Source of the DNA: Dehalococcoidia bacterium
GTDB lineage: Bacteria > Chloroflexota > Dehalococcoidia > Lucifugimonadales > UBA2985
Length of the DNA stretch: 64,000 bases
Direction: 5' to 3'
Assembly: GCA_963580875.1 (NCBI GenBank)
Contig: CAUZMC010000003.1
Coordinates: forward strand, 2,729-66,728
Of the stretch, positions 20,364 through 28,788 are shown in pieces. Both the position numbers and the translations under genes were made by a program. A model generated the notes under the pieces. The model was given only the letters and a program-made list of their open reading frames with translations, had not been told where the DNA came from and made no database searches. The first letter of the stretch is position 1. Each line of letters starts with the position of its first letter.

Positions 20364-21554
20364 CTACCCTTTGAGGTTTCCAATAAAGCGCCCCATTCTC
20401 TCTAGGGCTTCCTTTATCTCCTCGGTTGAGACGGCGTAGCAGCATCGAACGTGGCCCTCACCGCTGGGGCCAAAGGCCGAGCCGGGCACGAGAGCCACTC
20501 GCTCTTCCAGTAGCAGCCTTTCCGCGAATTCGTCTGAGGACATGTTCAGGCCCTTGATGGATGGGAAAGCGTAGAAAGCACCCTGGGGCTCTAGGCAATT
20601 CAATCCTAGCTGGTTTAGACCATTTACCATGATGTGCCGACGGCGGTTGTACTCCTCCCTCATCTCTTCTACAGAGCTATCTCCTGAGGCCAGTGCCTCA
20701 ATGGCTGCCATCTGGCCTTGAATTGGTGCGCACATCATGGTGTACTGGTGCACCTTCATTAGTGCCTCAATGGTTTCAGAGTTTGAGCAGGCGTAGCCAA
20801 TGCGCCATCCTGTCATAGCATAGGATTTGGAGAAACCTCCTACATGAATGGTACGGTCAGCCATTCCTGGTAGCGAGGCGAAGCAGGTGTGCTCCACTCC
20901 GTACACCAGGCGCTCGTATATCTCGTCTGAGACCACTGTAAGATCGTGACGTCGCGCAATGTCTGCTATCTGCTCCATTTCATGACGGGGCATGACCGTG
21001 CCTGTTGGGTTGTTGGGGTAGCCAATGAGTATAGCCTTGGTTTTCGGTGTTATCCGTGCCTCAATGTCTGCTGGCTGCACTCTGAAGGAGTTTTCCATGT
21101 TGGTTGGTACTGTTATTGGGATGCCTCCAGAGAGGGAGACGCATGGGATATAAGAGACGTAAGTGGGCTCCGGTATTATGACTTCGTCGCCAGGATCCAG
21201 AATTGCCCTCATGGCAAGGTCAAGGGCTTGGCTTACTCCCACGGTTACGAGTACTTGATTGGCGGGGTCGTAGTTCAGGTCATATCGCTCATTTAAGTAT
21301 TTGCTTATTCCTTGACGTAACTCCAACAGGCCGAAGTTGGAGGTGTACATGGTGTATCCATTCTCCACGGACTGTATGGCAGCTTCACGGATATGCCAAG
21401 GAGTGACAAAGTCAGGTTCTCCCACGCCTAAGGAAACAACGTTGTCCATGGTCGTGATGATATCGAAGAAGCGGCGTATGCCAGACGGAGAGAGATCTTT
21501 CACTCGTTGTGACAGTGGGGATTTCTTCTGTTTTGGCTCTTGTTTATTAATCAA
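20364..21554 (-). CDS. Class I/II pyridoxal-phosphate aminotransferase (AspC-like)
   Basis: Motifs seen are SPSGIRRFFD, YTSNFGLLELRQ, and the PLP-lysine motif SFSKSYAMTGWRIGY. Confidence 0.85.
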   Translation of the reverse strand: MINKQEPKQKKSPLSQRVKDLSPSGIRRFFDIITTMDNVVSLGVGEPDFVTPWHIREAAIQSVENGYTMYTSNFGLLELRQGISKYLNERYDLNYDPANQVLVTVGVSQALDLAMRAILDPGDEVIIPEPTYVSYIPCVSLSGGIPITVPTNMENSFRVQPADIEARITPKTKAILIGYPNNPTGTVMPRHEMEQIADIARRHDLTVVSDEIYERLVYGVEHTCFASLPGMADRTIHVGGFSKSYAMTGWRIGYACSNSETIEALMKVHQYTMMCAPIQGQMAAIEALASGDSSVEEMREEYNRRRHIMVNGLNQLGLNCLEPQGAFYAFPSIKGLNMSSDEFAERLLLEERVALVPGSAFGPSGEGHVRCCYAVSTEEIKEALERMGRFIGNLKG

Positions 21555-21563
21555 TGGTTGGTT

Positions 21564-22043
21564 TTACAGGGCAAGAGGGAGGCGCTTGTCTCCGCGCTCT
21601 CTGTCTAGAATCACTCCGTCTTCTTTGAAGCGTTTCAGGAGAAAGTGAGTGGTGGTTCCCTGGACCCCTTCCAGTACTGCCAGTTTTACAGCTACGAAGT
21701 TGGCGACTTCCTGCATGGTCTTGCCTGCCAGCATCACTGACAGGTCATAGGAGCCTGACATAAGGTGAAGTGAGCGCACCTCTGGAAAGCGCGCAATTCT
21801 CTTGGCTATGCCGTCGAAACCAACCTCACGTTGGGGAGTTACTCGCAATTCCACCACGGCAATTACCTCTTGTTCTCCCAGATGGTCCCAATTTACGACG
21901 GCCTTGTATTTGATTATGGTCTTGTCTCGTTCTGCCTGGGCAATGACTTCCTTGACCTCTTCCAGAGTATGCTTGGTTATCTCAGATATCTCCTCCGGAG
22001 TGGCTTTGGCGTTTTGTTCAAGGATGACAAGTATGTCTTTCAT
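21564..22043 (-). CDS. Lrp/AsnC-family transcriptional regulator
   Basis: An N-terminal HTH ([31 protein letters not shown]) is followed by a RAM/AsnC_trans_reg domain. ATG 22043 overlaps the gatA TGA (ATGA). Confidence 0.8.
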   Translation of the reverse strand: MKDILVILEQNAKATPEEISEITKHTLEEVKEVIAQAERDKTIIKYKAVVNWDHLGEQEVIAVVELRVTPQREVGFDGIAKRIARFPEVRSLHLMSGSYDLSVMLAGKTMQEVANFVAVKLAVLEGVQGTTTHFLLKRFKEDGVILDRERGDKRLPLAL

Positions 22044-23497
22044 AATTCTGGCCTCATCTTGTGCCACTCGGTGGCCTGCTCATAGGCGTATCCTACTCGT
22101 AGTATAGTCTCTTCCGCTAGGGGCTTACCTATCACCTGCATTCCTACTGGGAGGCCGCCTACAAGTCCTGCCGGGAGGGATATGGCTGGGATGCCTGCGA
22201 TGTTGATGGGAATGGTGCACACGTCGCTTAGGTACATCTGTACAGGATCATCCATTTTGGCCCCTAGATTGAATGCCGTCGAGGGAGATGTGGGAGTGAT
22301 CAGCACGTCATATTTTTGGAAGGATTCTTGAAACTCTCTGCTTATGAGTGTGCGCACTTTTTGTGCCTTTATGTAGTAGGCATCGTAATAGCCCGCGGAA
22401 AGCGCGTATGTTCCTAGCATGATACGACGCTTTACCTCCGGCCCAAAGCCGTGCTGTTTGGTCTTTTCCATGGCCTCCCATATGCTGCCGTCTTCCTGAG
22501 AGGAGTAGCCGTATTTCACTCCGTCGTATCGGGCTAGATTGGCCGATGCTTCTGAAGGGGCAAGTATGTAATATACAGCCAGTGCATACTTGGTATGCGG
22601 CAGAGAAGTTTCTTCAACGGAGGCTCCCAATGCCTCCAGTTTCTCTAGGGCTATTCGCATAGTTTGTGCTACCTTGGGGTCGATGCCCTCGTAATATTCC
22701 TTTGGGACTCCTATTTTCAGGCCACGAATGTTTCCTGTCAGCGCCTTGGTGTAGTCTTTTGCAGCTTGGGGTATGGATGTGGAGTCTCGTGGGTCATGAC
22801 CGGCAATTGCGTTGAGCACAAGAGCACTGTCTGTTACGTCTTTGGTTAGTGGGCCGATCTGGTCCAGTGAGCTAGCAAAAGCTACGAGCCCATAGCGGCT
22901 TACTAGTCCGTAGGTTGGCTTCATTCCGACAATACCACAGAGTGACGCCGGTTGCCGGATACTTCCGCCAGTATCAGAACCGAGGGCGTATAGGCACTCT
23001 CCCGCTGCCACCGCCGCTGCTGGGCCTCCGCTGCTGCCACCAGGTACACGCTTTAAGTCCCAGGGATTATGGGTCGGGAAGAAGGCTGAGTTCTCGGTAG
23101 AAGAGCCCATCGCGAATTCGTCCATGTTGCCTTTTCCAATCACCACTGTTGACGCAGCATTGAGCTTCTCTACAACCGTGGCGTTATAAGGAGGTACAAA
23201 GTTCTCAAGCATCCGTGAGGAGCAGGTGGTGGGAACTCCGAGGGTGCACATATTGTCTTTGAGCTGCATCGGTACTCCTGCCAGTGCAGTTGTTTCTCCC
23301 TTGGCAATGGCGGTGTCGGCCTTTTGGGCCTGTTGAAGGGCCAAATCTCCTGTGATGGTGACATAGGACTTTACGCGAGGTTCCACATGTTCGATGCGAT
23401 CGAGAACGGCTTGAGTCAACTCCTGCGAAGAGATCTGTCGGCTAGCGAGAAGTTCACTGGCTTCATGAATGGTGAGGTTGTGGAGATTTGAAGGCAT
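22040..23497 (-). CDS. gatA: Glu/Asp-tRNA amidotransferase subunit A
   Basis: The amidase signature [14 protein letters not shown]...[12 protein letters not shown] is present. The 485 aa length and the adjacent gatC fit GatA. Confidence 0.95.
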   Translation of the reverse strand: MPSNLHNLTIHEASELLASRQISSQELTQAVLDRIEHVEPRVKSYVTITGDLALQQAQKADTAIAKGETTALAGVPMQLKDNMCTLGVPTTCSSRMLENFVPPYNATVVEKLNAASTVVIGKGNMDEFAMGSSTENSAFFPTHNPWDLKRVPGGSSGGPAAAVAAGECLYALGSDTGGSIRQPASLCGIVGMKPTYGLVSRYGLVAFASSLDQIGPLTKDVTDSALVLNAIAGHDPRDSTSIPQAAKDYTKALTGNIRGLKIGVPKEYYEGIDPKVAQTMRIALEKLEALGASVEETSLPHTKYALAVYYILAPSEASANLARYDGVKYGYSSQEDGSIWEAMEKTKQHGFGPEVKRRIMLGTYALSAGYYDAYYIKAQKVRTLISREFQESFQKYDVLITPTSPSTAFNLGAKMDDPVQMYLSDVCTIPINIAGIPAISLPAGLVGGLPVGMQVIGKPLAEETILRVGYAYEQATEWHKMRPEL

Positions 23498-23793
23498 TAG
23501 TCTAGCACTGCCTTGACCCGAAAGTAGTCGCCCTCTCGCCGTGGAGCGTTGGCAAGGATATCTTCCTTGGGTAATGGAGAGTCGGCTTTGTCCGGCCTCA
23601 TCACATTCTCAAGGGTTACGGAATGCCCCGTAGGAGGGATGTCTGTTGTGTCCACTTGTTCCAGCACCTGGAAGTTCTCTATGATGTCGGATAATTGGCT
23701 TCGCAGATTCTCAATCTCCTCTCGGCTTAAGCCAAGGCGGTAGATGAGGGCTATGTGCTGGACTTCGTCCTGGCTCAGTCTGGGTGAGGTCAT
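23497..23793 (-). CDS. gatC: Glu/Asp-tRNA amidotransferase subunit C
   Basis: The translation runs [49 protein letters not shown], with ATG at 23793. The stop overlaps the gatA start. Confidence 0.85.
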   Translation of the reverse strand: MTSPRLSQDEVQHIALIYRLGLSREEIENLRSQLSDIIENFQVLEQVDTTDIPPTGHSVTLENVMRPDKADSPLPKEDILANAPRREGDYFRVKAVLD

Positions 23794-23938
23794 GGTTGTG
23801 TACCTGTCGAAAAAAAGTAAGCTCAGTGTAGCAAAGAGGTCTCTCTGCTTCAAGGGCAGGAATATTGGTGCCTGCATGCGCAGGGTGTTATACTCAAGGG
23901 AGATTTATGAGGCATTTTCGTTGCGAAAGTAGGCTTTA

Positions 23939-25327
23939 ATGGCAGATGTAGACTACGATATAGTAATCATCGGTGGAGGGCCGGGTGGGTACGTGGCGGC
24001 CATACGCGCAAGTCAATTGCAACTGAAAACGGCGTTGGTGGAGAACCAGGATATCGGTGGAATTTGCCTCAACTGGGGATGTATACCTAGCAAGGCCCTT
24101 TTGAGAAATGCTGAGATATTGACACTCTTCCATCGAGCTGAAGAGTTTGGAATATCATTTGATAATCTGAGCTACGACTTCGGCAAGGCTATTTCCAGGA
24201 GTCGTAGCGTAGTCAAGCGTCTCACTACCGGAGTGGAATCCTTGCTGAAGAAGAACAGGGTAGATTATATTAAGGGGCATGCTCGGTTGAAGGATGCACA
24301 TACGATTGAGGTGGAAGGTGGCTCTCAAACCCTTGCTGCCAAAAACGTGATAATTGCCACAGGGGCTCGCTCGCTCCCAATACTGGGCCTTGAGGTGGAC
24401 GGCGAGACAATCATTACCAGCCGAGAGGCTCTTGAGCTTCGTGAGGTGCCCTCACCAGTGGTGATTGTGGGCGGAGGGGCAACCGGAGTGGAATTTGCCT
24501 ATCTTTACCATGCCTATGGCGCTGATGTCACAGTTGTTGAGATGCTTCCGAACCTAGTTCCAAACGAAGATGAAGAGATTGGTCAGCAGTTGGAGCGCTC
24601 CTTTACTCGCCGCGGGATAAAGGTGCTAACAAGCTCCCGGGTGAAGGAAGTTAAAAAGGGATCAACAGGAGTCAGCCTTAGTGTGGAATCTCCAGAGGGA
24701 ACCAAAGAATTGGATTGCCAGAAGGTAATGGTTGCAGTGGGAGTGCAGGGCAACAGCGATGGTATGGGATTGACTAAGCTTGGCATCGAAATAGAGAAAA
24801 GTTTCATCGAAGTGAATGAGAAAATGCAGACCAGTGTACCGGGAATCTATGCCATTGGGGACGTAACTGGCAAGCTGCTGCTGGCTCACGTGGCCCAGGC
24901 CCAGGGTATTCTGGCGGTGGAGATCATTGCTGGAATGGAGAGTCCTGCTCTGGACTATAAGAAGATGCCAAGAGCCACATACTGCCAGCCACAGGTTGCC
25001 AGTTTCGGGTACACTGAGAAGGAAGCAGTGGATATTGGTTATTCGGTCAAGGTGGGCCGGTTTCCGTTTCGCGCCAATGGCAAGTCTCTTGCCTTGGGGG
25101 AAACGGAGGGCCTTGTCAAGCTTGTGACGGACGGTGATAGCGGCGCTATTCTAGGAACCCACATGATAGGAACAGAGGTTACGGAGATGATGTCTGAGGT
25201 GGCAATGACCAGCTTGCTGGAAGGCACCGTAAAGGAATTGGGCTGGTTGGTTCATTCTCACCCCACACTGTCGGAGGCGGTTAAAGAGGCGGCTCTGGCT
25301 GTTGACGACCTTGCCATTCACATTTAA
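23939..25327 (+). CDS. lpd: Dihydrolipoyl dehydrogenase (E3)
   Basis: Motifs seen are YDIVIIGGGPGGY, the redox-active CLNWGCIPSK, a second GGGATGVE loop, and the C-terminal HSHPTLSE. Confidence 0.95.
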   Translation: MADVDYDIVIIGGGPGGYVAAIRASQLQLKTALVENQDIGGICLNWGCIPSKALLRNAEILTLFHRAEEFGISFDNLSYDFGKAISRSRSVVKRLTTGVESLLKKNRVDYIKGHARLKDAHTIEVEGGSQTLAAKNVIIATGARSLPILGLEVDGETIITSREALELREVPSPVVIVGGGATGVEFAYLYHAYGADVTVVEMLPNLVPNEDEEIGQQLERSFTRRGIKVLTSSRVKEVKKGSTGVSLSVESPEGTKELDCQKVMVAVGVQGNSDGMGLTKLGIEIEKSFIEVNEKMQTSVPGIYAIGDVTGKLLLAHVAQAQGILAVEIIAGMESPALDYKKMPRATYCQPQVASFGYTEKEAVDIGYSVKVGRFPFRANGKSLALGETEGLVKLVTDGDSGAILGTHMIGTEVTEMMSEVAMTSLLEGTVKELGWLVHSHPTLSEAVKEAALAVDDLAIHI

Positions 25328-25377
25328 ATGTCTTCATATGCCACCATATCCTGATCGAAGCTAATTTGACAAATTCC

Positions 25378-26358
25378 ATGAAATTGCAGAACGCTCCGGA
25401 AAAGAACCAACTGTTGGATTTCTATCGTCAAATGTTCCTCATACGCCGCTTCGAAGAGAGGGCCGCTGAACAGTACACGCTTGGAAACATACGCGGCTTC
25501 CTCCACTTGTATATCGGCGAAGAGGCCATCGCAGTAGGTGCAATTTCCACGCTCATGCTACAGGACTACGTTGTGACACACTATCGGGATCATGGTCATG
25601 CCCTGGCCAAGGGGATGGATCCCAGCGTCGTGATGGCTGAACTCTTCGGCAAGGCTACGGGGTCTAGCAAAGGCAAAGGCGGCTCCATGCACCTCTTCGA
25701 TATCGGAAAGCGGTTCATGGGAGGCTATGCCATCGTTGGGGGCCAGCTTCCTCTGGCGGTTGGCCTGGCCTTGGCCAGCAAGTACAAGTGTGAAGACAGC
25801 CTGACATTGTGCTTCCTTGGCGACGGTGCTATCAGCGAAGGTGAGTTTCATGAGTCGTTGAACCTGGCATCACTGTGGAAGCTGCCGGTTATATTCTTTG
25901 TTGAGAACAACTTGTACGGTATGGGCGCATCGGTTGAACAGACGCTGGTGTTTCACGATGAGATTTACAAGTTTGCTCAAGCATATAAAATGCCTGCCGT
26001 ACGAGTGGACGGCATGAACGTTGTGCAGGTGATGGAGGTCACAAACAAAGCGGTGGAAAGCGTTAGAGAAGGTGGAGGCCCCTATCTGATAGAGGCCATG
26101 ACTTACCGGTTTCGAGGGCATTCCATGGCAGATCCCTCAGAATACAGGAACAAGTCTGAAGAAGAACGATGGAGGAAGAAAGATCCTATCCTTAGCTTCA
26201 GTAAATGGCTTATAGACGAAAAGATAGCCTCTAAGAAGGAATTGGATCAGATTGAGCAAGAGATAGAAAAGATCGTGGATAATGCAGTCCAGTTTGCCGA
26301 CGAAAGTCCATTTCCGGAACCGGCAGCCCTCTATGAAGACGTGTACGGGAGTAAGTAA
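25378..26358 (+). CDS. 2-oxoacid dehydrogenase E1 component, alpha subunit (pyruvate/branched-chain type)
   Basis: The TPP motif GDGAISEGEFHESLNLA..LPVIFFVENNLYGM and YRFRGHSMADP are present. The substrate cannot be fixed from sequence alone. ATG 25378 and TTG 25366 are both possible starts. Confidence 0.85.
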   Translation: MKLQNAPEKNQLLDFYRQMFLIRRFEERAAEQYTLGNIRGFLHLYIGEEAIAVGAISTLMLQDYVVTHYRDHGHALAKGMDPSVVMAELFGKATGSSKGKGGSMHLFDIGKRFMGGYAIVGGQLPLAVGLALASKYKCEDSLTLCFLGDGAISEGEFHESLNLASLWKLPVIFFVENNLYGMGASVEQTLVFHDEIYKFAQAYKMPAVRVDGMNVVQVMEVTNKAVESVREGGGPYLIEAMTYRFRGHSMADPSEYRNKSEEERWRKKDPILSFSKWLIDEKIASKKELDQIEQEIEKIVDNAVQFADESPFPEPAALYEDVYGSK

Positions 26359-26361
26359 GTT

Positions 26362-27336
26362 ATGGCGCAAATTACATATAGAGAGGCTATGTCCAGAGCC
26401 TTGAGAGAGGCACTGAAGGACGAGCGCGTCTTTATTATGGGAGAAGACATAGGAAGTTACGGCGGAGCGTACGCTGTGACAAAAGGTTTTCTGGAGGAGT
26501 ATGGGGGGGAACGCATACGAGAAACGCCGATATCTGAATCTGTCATATCTGGCGCTGGCGCTGGGGCTGCCATTGCTGGCTTGAGGCCAATAGTAGAGCT
26601 TATGACTATCAATTTCAGCTTTTTGGCGATGGATCAGATTATCAACCATGCAGCCAAGGTTCGTTATATGTCTGGCGGACAACTTACATGCCCATTGATC
26701 GTTCGCACGGTCACGGGAGGAGGCGCTTCGGTTGGGGCGACTCACTCACAGAGTCTTGAAGGATGGTTTGCTTCGGTGCCAGGACTCCGTGTAGTTGTGC
26801 CATCTACACCATATGACGCTCTTGGACTCTTCCGGTCTTCCCTGCAACAGGAAGACCCTGTGATCTTTGTGGAACATGCCCTTCTGTACAGTAGCAGAGG
26901 AGAGGTTCCAGATGAGCAATACGTTGTTCCATTTGGGAAGGCCGATATCAAACGGATTGGAACTGACGTTACAATTGTGGCTTATGCCCGCATGTCTATG
27001 GTGGCAATGCGGGCTGCCGAGGATCTCGAGTCAAGGGGTATCAGCGCGGAGGTAATTGACCTGCGCACCTTGAGTCCACTGGATGGAGATACTGTGGCGG
27101 AGTCAGTACGGAAGACCAACCATGCTGTTGTGGTGGAGGAGACGTGGTATACCGGGGGATTTGGTGCTACTGTGGTGGGACTGATTCAAGAGAGAGCCTT
27201 TGATTACTTGAATGCGCCGGTGGCGCGGGTGGCTGGATCAGAAGTCCCAATGCCATATTCAAGGTATCTGGAGCAGGCATCCATTCCAAATGAGAATCGC
27301 ATTATTCAAGCTGTGGAATCCACGCTTGGTCGGTAA
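26362..27336 (+). CDS. 2-oxoacid dehydrogenase E1 component, beta subunit
   Basis: Motifs seen are ITYREAMSRALREAL, VFIMGEDIG..GGAY..TKG, and RETPISES. It is adjacent to the E1 alpha gene. Confidence 0.9.
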   Translation: MAQITYREAMSRALREALKDERVFIMGEDIGSYGGAYAVTKGFLEEYGGERIRETPISESVISGAGAGAAIAGLRPIVELMTINFSFLAMDQIINHAAKVRYMSGGQLTCPLIVRTVTGGGASVGATHSQSLEGWFASVPGLRVVVPSTPYDALGLFRSSLQQEDPVIFVEHALLYSSRGEVPDEQYVVPFGKADIKRIGTDVTIVAYARMSMVAMRAAEDLESRGISAEVIDLRTLSPLDGDTVAESVRKTNHAVVVEETWYTGGFGATVVGLIQERAFDYLNAPVARVAGSEVPMPYSRYLEQASIPNENRIIQAVESTLGR

Positions 27337-27360
27337 CGCTTCGTATTGGAGGCACAGAAA

Positions 27361-28566
27361 TTGGCTACAACAGTCGTTATGCCTCAGATGGGCTTTGATA
27401 TGCAGGAAGGCACCCTGGTTCGCTGGTTGAAGCAGGAGGGGGAGGAGATCAAGAAAGGGGAGGCCATTGCAGAGATTGAAACTGACAAGGCCGTGATTGA
27501 GATGGAAGCGTACATCTCAGGGGTCGTGCTCAAGACAATTGTTTCGGAAGGGTCTACGGTACCAGTGGGCCAGGCCATCGCTTTCATAGGGGTAGCTGGA
27601 GAGGTTATACATGAGGGAAAGTCTGCCGTTAAGTCTGAAGGTCAGAAACCCGCAGTATTCCAGCCTAAAGAGACCGAACAATCGGCAACCCCCGCTTTAT
27701 CCCAAATAAAGGCATCACCACTGGCCCGTAAGCTTGCCGAAGAAAATGGGATAACCTTAGAACAGGTTACAGGGACAGGGCCTAATGGGCGCATTACCAA
27801 GAATGACATATTGGCCTATGCAACTCGTGTACCAGCCGCGTTGCATAGTGAAGAGACTTCAACTCTGCTAGCGGGTGCCACAGGTGGCGAGATTGTGCCG
27901 CTTTCCCGTATGAGACAGGCTATCGCTCGACGCACGGCCCAGAGTAAACGGGAAGTTCCTCATTTCTATATAACCGCCGACGTTGATATGACTCTGGCCA
28001 TGATTCTGAGGAAACAACTCAACGAAACGTTGAACGGAGAAACCAAAGTTACGGTCAACGACCTGATAGTGAAGGCGTGCGCCTTGACTCTGGCCAAGTT
28101 TCCAGTGTTCAACGGCTCCTTTGAAGACGACCACATGAGGATGAATGTTGGAATTAATGTAGGTATAGCCGTTGCAGTAGAGCAGGGACTTTTGGTCGTT
28201 TCCCTGGGAGAGTGCCGTGATAGGTCAGTAGTGGATATATCCAAGACCGCAAAAGAGGTGGTGGAGAGGGCACAGAGTGGGGTGATGCGGGAAGAGGATT
28301 ACACTGGGAGCACTTTCAGCATCAGCAACATGGGAATGTTTGATGTCGACAGCTTTTCTGCCATTATCTATCCTCCCCAGTCAGCGGTCTTAGCCGTTGG
28401 CACAATCCGCAAGCAGCCGGTGGTGCGTGAGGACCAGATAACCATAGCTCAGGTGATGAAAGCAACCATGTCCACAGACCACCGTGTGGCCGACGGCGCT
28501 CAAGCCGCTCAGTTCCTTGTGGAAATCAAGCGCGTGCTGGAGAACCCAGTAGTCATGTTGGTGTAG
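27361..28566 (+). CDS. Dihydrolipoamide acyltransferase (E2)
   Basis: One lipoyl domain (AEIETDKAVIEMEA), a peripheral subunit-binding domain (ASPLARKLAEENGI), and a catalytic DHRVADGA are present. TTG 27361 has GGAGG 8 nt upstream (MATTVVMPQMG). Confidence 0.9.
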   Translation: MATTVVMPQMGFDMQEGTLVRWLKQEGEEIKKGEAIAEIETDKAVIEMEAYISGVVLKTIVSEGSTVPVGQAIAFIGVAGEVIHEGKSAVKSEGQKPAVFQPKETEQSATPALSQIKASPLARKLAEENGITLEQVTGTGPNGRITKNDILAYATRVPAALHSEETSTLLAGATGGEIVPLSRMRQAIARRTAQSKREVPHFYITADVDMTLAMILRKQLNETLNGETKVTVNDLIVKACALTLAKFPVFNGSFEDDHMRMNVGINVGIAVAVEQGLLVVSLGECRDRSVVDISKTAKEVVERAQSGVMREEDYTGSTFSISNMGMFDVDSFSAIIYPPQSAVLAVGTIRKQPVVREDQITIAQVMKATMSTDHRVADGAQAAQFLVEIKRVLENPVVMLV

Positions 28567-28788
28567 TCATAGCGGTGTTCGTTGTGAGCCACATACATTA
28601 AGGGCCAATATCCTATATGAGACGAAAACCGTCATAATAGATGGATATTTAGCTTGCACATGTGTATCATTGCGCTGTAAAATAGTCATTGAAATCAGCA
28701 TGCGCTGTAGGTTGTTTGTAGCTGTCCCATTTCTTTGATGGATCAGAGATACCTCCTGGTATAAGCTTTGAGTAGGAGGGCTTGCAAT

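Noticed and set aside
20182-20445. An 87-aa ORF partly overlapping the 3' end of the aminotransferase gene and filling the gap to the hydrolase gene.
   Set aside because: Its N-terminal third is antisense-frame overlap with a solid gene. The non-overlapping part has no clear start or SD and no recognisable motif.
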